Positions 37,101 through 50,121 of a stretch of 51,597 nucleotides of DNA are shown in pieces (within the stretch, counting starts at the first letter, position 1; each line of letters starts with the position of its first letter). The position numbers were made by a program, and so were the translations under genes. Source of the DNA: Girardia tigrina (Eukaryota); NCBI GenBank assembly GCA_001938485.1, contig MQRK01215545.1:1-51597 (forward strand). Reading direction: 5' to 3'. The notes beneath the pieces were generated by a model that saw only the letters and a list, made by a program, of their open reading frames with translations, ran no database searches and was not told the DNA's origin.

Positions 37101-37859
37101 TTGCATCCTTTGTAGTAGCAAAAAAAACTCACCTTAGTTTTCACAGTTTTATACATTGGTCAAACTAAAAATAACTTTGTTGTCAGTTCATTTTGACTAT
37201 TACCAAAATTTGATAATCGATTAAAACTAAGAGAATTGAGATCAATCGAGTTGTAATTTTTTGTCACTATTTACACTGAAAATAAGAATATTATTAAAAG
37301 GTTTTCATTTCGATCCAATTTTGTTCAGAATGGAATTCAACGATGAGAAACATTTGGATATTGACGAATGGTCGGATAATTGGGACGAAGTCATACAGAT
37401 TTGTTCATATAATGATAATAACATTACTCGTAAATTTAACAAATAAATTTATAAAAGATGTCGTAACCAAATTTTAATTCAAAAGTCTAAAGACGACCTA
37501 ATAGTTAAAAGCAAAAAATTATTATTAGTTAATATTTTAATATTCAATAACTTATAAATGCTTTTTTAAAAAAAATTTAATTTAATTAATTAAAATATTA
37601 GTATTTTAAATTTTTTAGGTTATTTTATCCAATTATATATCTGGTAATTATTGTGTTTGGTACAGAATATCTATTTGTTTTGGTTTAAGGTACTTCAAAA
37701 AATGTTCCTTCAATGGACGATCAATCTGATGATGTTCTTATATATATGTACTCCTAATATCTTATTTGAAAAATTTTTGTGTAATAATTTTAATGTAATA
37801 CAGTATCTACCACTCATCTGCCAAAAACGGGACTTCACAAAAAAATTTATAAGATCGAA

Positions 37860-38225
37860 AATGTGTAGAGAAAATGGCGGTTGAGAGAGTAGACACTGTA
37901 ATGTAATAATTTTAATGCCTAAGGATATTGTAATTGCCCAATATTCCTAGATATATCACAATATATCACAACTCAGTCTACCGTTAACAATCAATCGGTT
38001 TGTCTCACAGAAACATGAGAAAGTCATTCCATCATCATATCTTTGTCCATTCATAATGTATTGGCCTTCACCAGAAAATTGGATAAAAATGATTATCTTG
38101 CCAGTCTTCCTTTTGAAGATCACCATTGGCAACAACGTCTGCCAATCAATCTGGCACGCTGAGACTACTGTTATGACCGATCATTTCCATTTGTTTTTTT
38201 CTAATGTTGACAGTGGACACGCTTT
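37860..38225 (-). mobile_element. pogo/Tigger-type (DDE_1) transposase relic
   Basis: VSTVNIR...ITVVSACQIDWQTLLPMVIFKRKT resembles TVVLAC.ADG.KLPPMVIFKRKT. Confidence 0.6.
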
Positions 38226-39565
38226 TCTTTATTCTTAATGAAAAAGAATATGTAGTCGAACTATGTTACCCCAAAATAACAGCCGACAATAATAAAAAAA
38301 ATAATAGATAGGTTTTAATAATATAATAACGAAATTGTAGCACAACTGTTTACAATCAAAATAACAAAGAATGTCAAGAGTAACACTTAGTAACGAATAA
38401 ATAGATGAGATTTTGTAGGGGGTAAAATTGTCACCAGTGTAGTATGAAAAATGATTGAAGATTCTTTGAGCGATTTGGATTAATAAAAATAAGGATAAAT
38501 CAACACTTGATCTTGGTAGGTACCAATACCAACAGTTACAGTAGATTTAAGCCAAAACAATTATTTAGTCGATTAATAATAAAGAACGTATTGTTACTAG
38601 AATTGATCGATGATAAAATGATTGCAAATAGCAAATTTATAGAAATATCAGTCTTATAATTACCGGGAACTATCTCTGAGAAATGAATCGCAGCTGAGTA
38701 CGCTGTTGTTGGTTGAACCGAAAATTCGATATTTTTTGTGTAGGATTTAGTCGGTAATGTATTTATATGATAAATTCTGTATTTATGTTATAATATTGTA
38801 TTAGATTCCGTGAAATCTACTTTTATTCATTCGAATAATTTCATTATTAATTATAATAAGAATCGAACGAAAATTGATTTTGTTATCGGATTTTCTATGA
38901 CAATATGATTTCGGAATTTTGTAAAGAATTTTAAATTGAATATTTTCATTAAAAATTCGATTTATAAAATCGAAAATTCTAACTTAAATTATGATAATTA
39001 TAATAATTTTTAAAAAATCGATTTTATCATTTCGTATATTTAAATTATTATTCCCTAAGCTGATCGTCGAATAAATGAAACGGAATAGGATTATCGGGAT
39101 GGTTAAGCATCGCAAACAGTCGCGGTAAGTCGGATATATATTAAACATTCATAAATATAGTCTATTTAATTTTTTTATAAAAAAGATCTTTTGATATTGA
39201 TCTCGTGTAAAAAATGTTGTTTATTTACCAGCTGTCAAAATGAGGCATTACAATCAGACCTCCTTAGGAAAGCGGAGCTATTGTAATGAAAAGAAAAGAA
39301 TGTATTTGTATTATCATCTACGATATACTAATAATTGTTATCATAATTTAACATTCCGTAAATTGTGAGTTGTTAGATTTTCGTCGACATTTATTGTGAC
39401 TGTGTTATTTCCCAACTATTCAATTTGAAAATGACCCTGATTTTGAAGCGCGCGGGTATGTCCAGGATTTGCACGTTAAACCATTTGTCATGCCTTTGTT
39501 ACATGCTTAAAATGAATTTTTCAGTTGTTTGTAAAATTTTTAAATTTAAAATGTTACTTTTTAGA

Positions 39566-39738
39566 ATGTCTAAGCGAAACTGCAGTTTTAAAGATGAATA
39601 ACAAATGTATCAAGCGAAGCGAAAAGGGACAAATGGTTTTACTGTAAGCTTTGCTGCTGAAGTATTAATTTGTGTAACGAACGTCAATCAACAATCAATA
39701 AACATTTGAACAGTAAGAAACATCAAAAAAATTCTTAA
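39566..39738 (+). mobile_element. Degraded N-terminal zinc finger of a DNA transposase (hAT/BED-like)
   Basis: MSKRNCSFKDE*...WFYCKLCC*SINL...INKHLNSKKHQKN, a CxxC...HxxxxxH pattern. Confidence 0.45.
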
Positions 39739-40581
39739 ACCATTCAATCGACTGCATTCAAAAGCTAATTATTTGTTATTTAGACAAATTTATTGAAAAG
39801 TCGATTTTAAATTTAATTTTTTCGAGTCTCTAATTTGAAAACGATTGTCAAATTACCAATCGACATCGATTTGTATCTTTTGCTGCGTAAAATTTTGTGG
39901 AGTTAAAACGATTTGTTTATATTGATTGAATTTTTATCGAGTTAATATTCAAAGTTTTAAACGAAAATTTTGATCCAATGAGTCGACACAGACGAATTAA
40001 TTTAATTCTAATACTAGAAAAACTGAACAGTTGATCCCGCCACATCGATAACTGACATTGATAATAACTGTGTAGTAAAATATTGAGTTAAATTTTGTAT
40101 AGTTACTAATACACGCTTGTGGTGCTAGAAAATTAAAAAAACAATTAAAATAAAAATTTATGTGTTACATTTTTTAGAAAAATAGAGTAATGTGGTACAA
40201 TTTTGTAATTTACTGAAATAAATGTGACGATTCGATTCTATTTTTGTTGGGTTATAATTTATGGTTATAAATTTTGATGAGTTATTATTCAGACCACACT
40301 GTATGACAGCGGCCTCAATCGATCGGTCTGCTAACGCCACCGCTTCATATATTTCGGTGGTGTCCGGCACACACATACAGCCACCACAGTCGCGCTTTAG
40401 GGTCGACAGTCTACTGGCTTGGTCGATCGCAAACTGCCTTGGACTTTCCTATCGGTCACGAATACGAATCCGCCTTTCGGGAAGTAAAGAAGGTGGGTGA
40501 TGTGTCACCAGACATTTATGGAATATTGGTAAAAATAAATCAATATCGATAATATTTAAAATGGAATATTGCAGGCATCTT

Positions 40582-41089
40582 TCATTTAAATTTATGGGGA
40601 CACGGCCCCTTGAATTTGAATTTCGTGGGGAGAAGCCCCATCTTGGCCACCAAAAATTTGGACAGGAAGCCGTGTCTCCACGATATTTTGGGAGAAGAAA
40701 TGTTTGTCGATTTATCATAAGCACTCAGAGATTTCTCTTTTTGAATTTCATTGGCAATGTTTTTCACTATGATTCCCCGAACATCCTTCAATTCACAATC
40801 GACCTGAGTCAAAGCCACCGGTGTTCGGGTGACTGTACTTTTATTTTGAAAATTTTGAAGTATTTTATAATTATTCAACATTTCGTGCTCTAATTTAGCA
40901 TCAACTTTAACTTTACAAAGTTCCTGGGAAAAAGATGTCAATCAAGAGACAATAGGCCGATTCCGATGCCAGATCCTCGATCCGGTGGTATTGGAAATTC
41001 AGAGTTTTATTGATCCAATTAAAAACGTCTTGTCGACTAATCACTTCATTATTCGTATTGTTCTTGGGAACATTCACACCGTGATACAT
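40582..41089 (-). pseudogene. MAPRE1: EB1/RP-EB (MAPRE family) pseudogene: frameshifted and truncated CH domain
   Basis: GVNV...ISRQDVFNWINKTLNFQYHRIEDLASESAYCLLIDIFFPGT, then a frameshift at about 40915, then KVKVDAKLEHEMLNNYKILQ. This resembles EB1 AVNV...LSRHDMLAWIN..L....[21 protein letters not shown]...[20 protein letters not shown]. Confidence 0.88.
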
Positions 41090-41675
41090 ACTCAATTATC
41101 AATCAGAAAATTCGTCTTAAAACTACAGAAATCGAAAAGGATCCTTTGATTTTGTTGGTGGATTTTCAGATTAATTTATTTAAATTAAATCGAACGCAAC
41201 TTTTTTTATTTGTTTTCAAATATTTATTCTTTCGCCAAAAAAACACTTAAATTGACATTTTTAAAAAAAATTGAAAACTTTTAATTGTGATTACAATTCA
41301 CATTTAACATGCATTCACACACACATTAAAGAAAAACACACTCAACCAATTATTTTCATTTACATTCACATATCATACAATCACATTCATACACACAAAC
41401 ATGCAATAAATAAAATGAAATTACATAAATACGTCACTAATAAAGCCGTCCATTTCCTTTTGGCAATTCATCTGCCAAAAGGAAATGGACATGACAATTC
41501 TTCAGTCACAAATATTCGAGCAAATATTCTGAAGAAATTATTCCAATACTCCTAGATATCGAGGCAGGGGGAGTGGAGAAAGATAAGAAAGAAAGAAAGC
41601 TGACGAAGAGGCCTGTTTGCACAGGCCTGCCATAAAGGCCTGGCGACATTCATTTGAAAAGCTACGCCTTCAAAA

Positions 41676-42042
41676 ATGAGGCGCATTTCATCTAAGTTAG
41701 ATTTTGGTAAGGGTATATATTTATATACTTTTTCATTTTAACAATTCTTTTTATTTAAAGGCACGGACAGAAGGACAGGAATACAGAATGACAGGATTCA
41801 AATGACCAAGTCCGTACTTCAAGTGGTAATTTAGAAAGTTTAATATTTTTAATTTTTAAATTAAAATTAAAATTTAGAATATGTGCCGTGTGTGTTACAG
41901 CAATGTAGCAGATCGCGTAATGACCACGTGTGGTCACATGATTTGCCACGATTGTCTTGTCCCAGTTGTTAATGAGCCAGTTGTTAGATGCCCCTTTTGT
42001 AGGGTATTGGTAGACGAAAGTGACATAATTGACATTTTATAA
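41676..42042 (+). CDS. Small C3HC4 RING-finger protein (86 aa), 3 exons: 41676-41706, 41761-41825, 41878-42042
   Basis: 54- and 52-nt GT-AG introns keep the frame: MRRISSKLDFGTDRRTGIQNDRIQMTKSVLQVNMCRVCYSNVADRVMTTCGHMICHDCLVPVVNEPVVRCPFCRVLVDESDIIDIL*. AATAAA lies at 42048. The start codon is uncertain. Confidence 0.7.
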
Positions 42043-45000
42043 TGATCAATAAATTTCGTCTTAATTAGTTTTTATTTTTGATTAAATAAAAAGAATTTTT
42101 ATGAGCTGAATTTTCGACTCTGAAAGTTTCTGTTTTAATTGATAAATCATAATTGTTATGATTCATCATTGATTGATTCGAATTCTGTGTTGATTTAACA
42201 TTCGGTCGATTAAGTCGACTAGCAGCGTCTCTTGGCGAAGGCGCTGTACCGACAGAATTGTATTGATGCGGGTTATCCAGATTGACCAAGATCTTAAACG
42301 GATTCACTCCGCTTCCTCCACCATTTCACATTGAAAAGTGCGACCGACAAAAACAAACACTTTAGACAACTATTATAAATATATTGTTGTGATCAGGGCC
42401 TCGGTCAGATTTTTCCATTCCTTTTTGGAGTGGGAGCATTAGATTGGTCATCGACAACCCTACTAGTTGTTTTGTGAGATGCTGCAAATATTTTATAGAT
42501 GTATTCTGGCAGGGCAATTGGTCACTTGGAGGAAATTTCATTGTACTTGTTTTCTTTCCTGGGCCAAGAATCATTATGGTTATGAATTCCCCCATGATTT
42601 TAAATTTTGACCCCTCTATAGTATCATCTCGAATTTCAAGAATCATACAACCAGGAGTAGTTGTAACTTTCATGGCGAGCTAATTAATCCAATAATATTT
42701 TAAAACGATCTACAATTTACTAATTCGATCACTCTCCTAAGTTTTTATAATGATTTATCATATTTTCATCACTTGCAGAAATTTCATGAAGTTTATATTT
42801 TTAAGTTACTGTTTCCAATTCTCCTTTTCTTCAGTTGTAAAATATTCACAAAGAAGTCTTTGCATGTCTCGATATAAAATTTTAATACTCTCATTCATTT
42901 TCTTTATTAATAAAGTGAAATTTCAAAAATTTTATTGCTAATATTTCATTACAAATTCAAAATTTTCTTGCAAGATTCATAATTTATTTTTCAAAATCGA
43001 TAAAATTTTCTGCCTTTCTTGCAATTTCAAAAAGACTAAAAATGAACTCTCGTTGGACTTATTAGGTCATCTTGAAAATTACAACTGCTCCCGGGTAATC
43101 ACAGTATTTTATTGAAAATTTCAAATTTTTCTTGGAAAAACATTTTGATGTTTTGTATAATTATAATTAAAACGTTAAATTCGTCTGAATATGTGTTAAA
43201 AACATGTTGAAGAATAAATTATTGAATAAATATATATTAAAAAAATATTTGTTATTTGAATTTATTTGATAATAAATAAAAATGAAAACTAGTAAATCAA
43301 ATTTGGATATTGACGAAGGAATTAATGATGGTAACGCCGGTGATCGGGTGAAAAGTATGCTCAAGTTGGCTAACTAACTATGACTATAAAGTCATTTTTT
43401 GAAAATAAATCCCATTTAAAAAATAAATCCAATTTAAATATCAATAAATACATTGTTAGTTGGTTTTATTGTTTTTTTTATTTCATATCGTAATGAAAGT
43501 TTTTATGAGTTTATATGAGAATCCATATATTTTATTTCATTTATGTTTCACTTTATATATAATATGGTGTAAATAAACACCAAATTATACCATATACGAT
43601 ATTTGAAACTTTTATTACATTTAATTTAAACGTTTTATTATAAGGCTTTGTCAAACTGTCAATTGATGAAAACTAATTCCTTAATTTTGGTTAGAGTTTT
43701 GCCGAATCCGGTGGAAGGCGGTTTTGAGCCCTTTTTATATATCCGCCTCTGACCATAAGTTAACCGGTTTTGTGCCAGATTTTATAATGATATACAGATG
43801 TACAAATAAACAAATTTTAGAAAGAAATGAAATCAATTTTAGAAAATTTTTTTCAAAAATTTAGTTGAATTTTATTTTCCTTAAATTTTACTTCATGTTT
43901 TTGAGTCAGAAGGCACATCTACATATATATTTCCTAAATCTAGTCAACGTTAATAAAGAAAATCCGCACGTGACAAACCTAGTGAATATTTATTTCAACA
44001 CAGAAAAGAAATGACCGAAACGAGCGAAACAACAATCCCAAATGAATCGACGAGAACAACGAACAACGAGAAAACTTTTTCAATGATCGAAACGGCCTTT
44101 CTCAATAGAGGAGCGTCCAACGTGCGGTGGGTTGAAGTACGTTACAGGTCCGTGGAGTTAGCGGACGCATATTGGACCATCAATCAAATGTTGTCGACGC
44201 CAGATAAGGCAATTAGAAATCGTTTAACACTAATTTCAATTCCGAGAAGATTTCTGATATCGTTATATATTTAATCAGTTCAGGAATCAATTCGAGTTTT
44301 AATCGAATATCCAAAAAAATGTTTCTCGTTTTATTCAAATTTTTGATACGAACTTATCAGTTCGTCTTCCAATTTGACCACGATACAGAGCTTACTCAAC
44401 CATTTATTGATATACTATGTGGCATTTCATTTATTTAATTCAACCACATAAACTGTCGATCCTTTTCCAAATACAATTCTATTGTCTGAACATCACGTGT
44501 GATCAGGAAGCGTACATCATAACGAAATAATAAATCGTAGTAAGATATTATTTATTGATTTTTCTCTCCTTTCTTTTATATAATCGAATAAGTAATTCTG
44601 ATCTATTTTGCCAGATTTATTCATTAAATCTTGTTTCTGTTAACTGTTTATTATACAGTAAACCATTTTAACGTAAACATTTTTAATTTTTAATTTTTAT
44701 TTATTATATATCGTCATGTAAATATTTACAAGATTATTCATAGTAGCGAAATTAAGTTAATATTGCATTGTTCAGGAAGTTCAATGAAGACATCTTTCAC
44801 CACGGTCTACTTTTTCTACAAATTCTTAGATAACGAACACAGTATATTTTGAGTCTACCACAGCTATATTAAAAAGAGAAGTAAATTATAATACGGCTTT
44901 CCGTCTACACTTCTCATAATTAATATTCCTAGAAACTGAATCACAACAATGAGACGGTTAAAAGTCTTAATGTCGTAACTTTTAAAATAGCTAAAATTTA

Positions 45001-45767
45001 TTATACTAACTCATATACGGGCACATTTAAAAGTTTAAATTACTAAGCTGTACATTACGAATTATTTAAATCACTGCTTAAAACATTAGACTGTTAAATT
45101 AGCAACTGCTACATAAAACAAAATTATCACATATTGATAAAGCATGCATTATTAAAACGTAATTTTAAATGATTAGATATTAATTTAAAACACAAGATGC
45201 TGAACAGTTAAAACAAAAGCCAATGAGTTAATGACAAGGAACGAGATTATAATCTACGTGAAGTTCCTCCTAGTCATTAATTTATTAAATTCGAAATTTT
45301 TTGACTATTACCAACTCTTATTTACAATTACCTAACTTAATTACATCATACCAACCGCCTCACTTTAATTTAATTTCTCCGTAACACAACCCTGGGAACC
45401 GTCTCTCTCGAGGAACCCCTCGAAGGTGGATAATCTCACTATCAGTCTGTGATTAACTCGACTAGTTCTGACGATGTCTCCCATCATGGTGTGTAGACTT
45501 AAGGTAAATTCCCCCCCCCCAAATCTGATATGGTCAAAAATAATATGTTCTGATAAAAATCAAAAATAATAATTAAATAGCAAACGAGTATTCAATAATT
45601 ATTTTCATCATGCTTCATAATAGAGTTCTATATTTTATCATCTTAAGTTTTTTAAAATTCAATAATCGATCATGGGGATATCGAAAAACTATATAGCTGC
45701 TTCGATTAAATCACACAGCAACAAGAAGTAATCCAAGAAATATGTAATATTGTATTAAATACCGAAA

Positions 45768-46295
45768 TTCACATTGATTACCTGCCAAAGAGGGTCACAA
45801 TCAACAGCGTATACTACACGAACCTGCTCGACAAAGATCTGCGCAAAGCTCTCAAGAACAAACGACGGGGAAAGTTGTCATCCATCCCATTATTGCAACA
45901 GGAGAACGCACGTCCCCATACAGTGAAGTTGATTGTCAGTACTGTGCAACGCTTGGGCTGAACACTTGTCTCACCCCCCATATTCACCGGACCTAGAGCC
46001 GAGTGATTATCACCTTTTCTCGGCGTGAAGAAACCCCTTCGAGGACATCATGTCGCGAATTTGGATGAAATGAAAACAGCAGTCCGAGCGTGGATTGTGG
46101 AGACACCGCGTATTTTCTACGATAATGGTATTAGGAAGTTGACACAGAGATGGGAAAAGTGTGTGAAACTGAATGGTGATTATATTGAAAAGTTTGATAG
46201 CGATTCTGATGAGGATTGATCAATTTTGTTAACTGGAATAATCTTTTTAAATTTGGTGTTACTTATCAGTCCGCAAACTTTTGGGACACCCCTCG
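45768..46295 (+). mobile_element. mariner (DD34D, irritans-like TIR) 3' half with right TIR and TA
   Basis: TINSVYY...LQQENARPH...LG*...PYSPDLEPSDYHLF...FYDNGIRKLTQRWEKCVKLNGDYIEK. The TIR reads CGAGGGGTGTCCCAAAAGTTTGCGGACT on the minus strand, with TA at 46296-46297. Confidence 0.92.
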
Positions 46296-46299
46296 TAGA

Positions 46300-46680
46300 T
46301 TTATTTTGTGTTACCCGAGGCTGTCGGTCTGGCAAACACACGCACACGTTCTCTGACGACCGTATCAACAAAATCAAAGATATGATCAAACAACTCAAGC
46401 GAGAAAATAATAGAAGACAAAGAAAAGTATGTACCATTTGCTACTCGAGGTATGTGAACAAAGCAATTCCTTGCGGCCACATATTTTGTGGTGATTGTTT
46501 AAAGCGTTTAAAGAAATACCCCAATTGCCGTGAATCAATTGATGAAAATAAAATTAGAACAAAAGCAATCCCTTGTGACCACATATTTTGTGGTGATTGT
46601 TTAAAGCGTTTAAAGAAATGCCCTAATTGCCGTGAACCAATTGATGAAAATAAAATTAGAACAAACACAAAAAATAAAAT
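46300..46680 (+). pseudogene. C3HC4 RING-finger gene fragment with a 102-bp internal tandem duplication
   Basis: CTICYSRYVNKAIPCGHIFCGDCLKRLKKYPNCR followed by KAIPCDHIFCGDCLKRLKKCPNCR; repeats at 46460-46561 and 46562-46663. Confidence 0.75.
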
Positions 46681-47680
46681 TAAAACAAAAAAACACCCAC
46701 ACGTTCTGTCCCGACATTTGGTAAGTATTACATGTATGATTGTCATTAAATTCTATCTAATTGAACAGTCGCGGATGTCATCACAGACAGAGATTGGTCG
46801 CTCACGACATGGCGGAAGTTCACTGTCTCCGGCTTTATTGTTGTTCCATATTTGTCTATAGCGTCTCGGTTAAGCGTTGTTATTTGTTTATTGAAGTTAG
46901 AGTTATCTGTTATAGGTGGCGCGGATTCGCAATACGGAGTCGAGCACGATTTTCAGAAAGTCAGCTGGTTGCTGATTCACAGATGAATGCCGCGACAACA
47001 GCGGTATTATTGAAAACTTGAGCCCCAGTGGCTTCAAGAGACGCCGTGACGATCGCATCAGCATTGCTGCACCACAACAACAGTCCCACGATAAAACAGA
47101 TAATGATGAGTTCTTGTGTACGTTCAAACATCAACCATTGGATAGGATAGTGGCATACAGACCGTTTAATTATACCCAGCCCATCGCCGCCATAAGAAAC
47201 ACCTATAAGCTAGCATCGATCCCAGGGCACAATGCCTGGTCCCAGAGAGCTGCCACAGAAGGCTCCAGCAATCGAGCAGGGATCCCTGTGCCGGTCATGT
47301 CCAGCAGTAGCCACAGCCACAGTGACCGCAGTGAATAATCGAAGCTGGTCGGAAAAGGAAAAAACAACAGATGGTTGCTGATTCACAAATGAATCAGGCC
47401 ATTTTTTCCAAAAACAATTTTTGGAAACAATTTCAGCAATAATTTTCAAATTAATTAACTACAAAATTTATTTTATGTTTTTCTAACAGGATCTCCGAAC
47501 GATGGCACAGGACTCTAATGCCAGATCTTCAGCAAATTGAGAAGTATGAATAACGGGAAAGGTGTCTGCAGTCGTTTGACCTGATTTTTAATCGGTCTGG
47601 TCTCGTGTAAGTTGTTTATCCGCTTTAAAATTTTAATTATTGATTTCTGGTTTCAAATAATATCAATTCTGGGATAGGAC

Positions 47681-47997
47681 TTTGAAGAGGTTTTGTTTCT
47701 TTCTAGGTAGACTCGTACATCGACAATCATGTGTCTAGGTGTTTGTTTTCTGTTTAATAAAACTTATTTTCTGTTTTCTTTGTTAATTTAATATGTTATT
47801 TTGTGCATTTGATATTTAGTTATTTGATTGCTTTTTGTTTTCTGTTTGAAGAGGTTTTGTTTCTTTCTAGGTAGACTCGTACATCGACAATCATGTGTCT
47901 AGGTGTTTGTTTTCTGTTTAACAAAACTTATTTTCTGTTTTCTTTGTTAATTTAATATGTTATTTTGTGCATTTGATATTTAGTTATTTGATTGCTT
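47681..47997. repeat. Tandem duplication with a period of about 164 bp, 2 copies
   Basis: TTTGAAGAGGTTTTGTTTCTTTCTAGGTAGACTCG occurs at 47681 and 47845. Confidence 0.93.
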
Positions 47998-48629
47998 GAT
48001 TCGATTAATAATTACACTCATCTTGGATAAATTTGTTTTAAAACCTTTTCATTGGGAGCTTTTTTGGAATTTTTTAATGAATTATTGATGAATAATAAAT
48101 CGCAAAATCTCAAATTGAAAAAGTAATGTCAGAAAGATTATCGGAAGGCATTATAAATTTTTGGGATAATGAATTTGCAAAGTAACAGTGAAAGCAGCAC
48201 TAAAAAATAAAGATTTATTCAGGAAAGACAAAAATGTATTGGGATTTGTTACGTATATATTTCTAAATTTGTTTATAAAATATTTCATTATTTTACTTTA
48301 AATTATTTAACTGCACATTTATTTCATATATGAGCAAGACGTTGCCATATATACATATATATGGTATCTATACATAAAGTTTTATTTCTATTTATCTTTT
48401 ATAAATTATATCTTCATATATTTACTAAAAAATGCTCGAATCCCTGCAACTCTACCAGAGCAGAAACCGCGTCCATCTAGTCCGGATATTGAGCTAACGT
48501 TGCTGATATGGTTAAACACTTCCAATATAAAATACAAAGCTCAACAAACATCAACAAGAACTGCAATTAAAAAAGAAAAACTACAACAACAAAATCAACA
48601 GCTAATCACACAGCAACCAAACTACAACA

Positions 48630-48830
48630 TAACAAACAAATATCGATACAGAAAATCCAAACGTGGACATACAAACAATAACTGTCGCGCTGTCAAAAAT
48701 ATTCAGTGACTAGATGCGGGGCTATAGCAGCATTTTTTCCTGAAGTGAGCAAAATTCAACTCATTCGGCCACACGATCATGAACCAGACACTGAAGAAAT
48801 ATCAGTAGCCACCTTAAAAAACTACTAAAA
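48630..48830 (+). mobile_element. FLYWCH/WRKY-like zinc-finger relic (Mutator-type transposase N-terminus)
   Basis: KYRYRKSK..., frameshift, RCQKYSVTRCGAIA...IRPHDHEPD; a C-x7-C...HxH pattern. Confidence 0.45.
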
Positions 48831-48871
48831 GAATCGTTTTATTCAATTCTATTCATATTTGATTCTTTTAA

Positions 48872-50121
48872 TTTTGTTTTATTTAAGTTGTACTTTGAAG
48901 TGATCTTTATGATTAAGAGGAATAATAACTTCTAACATAATCCCCCTTGAAAATAGTTAAGGAAACTATTTAATAAAAGTTCGCTCTACTTTGTTGATTT
49001 TTTTTAATTTTGACTTAAGATTATTAGTAAATAAATGTACAAATTATGTACTTCAAGTAATCAACTTGTTGATTTTCTAGTTTTCTTCACAAAAAGAATT
49101 ATGAATTAATAAATTTTTTTTAAAAAATCTATAAATAAAATATTTATTTTAGAGCTCCATTAGAACAAATTTAACATCTCGTGCCTGTTTTAAAAAAACA
49201 GGTAGAAAATCTTGGGTATTAGATGACAATGAATTTACGTAAAATTCACGAAAGTAAGATTATATTGTTTTTATTTATAAAAAAGGAATATTTTTCTTGT
49301 CTTTAGACGAAAATTATCCAATTATGATACTTTTTGACAATTATTATAATAATTTAATGAATTAATTAATATTATTTTTATAATTAAAGACTGATTTATT
49401 TAATTTTATTCATATGTTTGTTTTATTTAAGTTGTACTTTGAAGTGATCTTTGTGATTAAGAAGAATAATAACTTCTAACATAATCCCCCTTGAAAATAG
49501 TTAAAGAAACTATTTAATAAAAGTTCGCTCTACTTTGTTGATTTTTTTTNNNNNNNNNNNNNNNNNNNNNNNNNNNNNNNNNNNNNNNNNNNNNNNNNNN
49601 NNNNNNNNNNNNNNNNNNNNNNNNNNNNNNNNNNNNNNNNNNNNNNNNNNNNNNNNNNNNNNNNNNNAAAAATCTATAAATAAAATATTTATTTTAGAGC
49701 TCCATTAGAACAAATTTAACATCTCGTGCCTGTTTTAAAAAAACAGGTAGAAAATCTTGGGTATTAGATGACAATGAATTTACGTAAAATTCACGAAAGT
49801 AAGATTATATTGTTTTTATTTATAAAAAAGGAATATTTTTCTTGTCTTTAGACGAAAATTATCCAATTATGATACTTTTTTGACAATTATTATAATAATT
49901 TAATGAATTAATTAATATTATTTGTATAATTAAAGACTGATTTATTTTAATTTTATTCATATTTGTTTGTTTTATTTAAGTTGTACTTTGAAGTGATCTT
50001 TGTGATTAAGAAGAATAATAACTTCTAACATAATCCCCCTTGAAAATAGTTAAAGAAACTATTTAATAAAAGTTCGCTCTACTTTGTTGATTTTTTTTTA
50101 ATTTGGACTTAAGATTATTAG
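48872..50121. repeat. Tandem repeat with a period of about 545 bp, about 2.3 copies, with an internal N-gap
   Basis: GTTGTACTTTGAAGTGATC occurs at 48887, 49431 and 49980. Confidence 0.92.

Noticed and set aside
41598-41685. CTGACGA followed by GC-rich hairpins (AGGCCTGT/ACAGGCCT)
   Set aside because: No GAAA follows the stem, so the hammerhead topology is not met.
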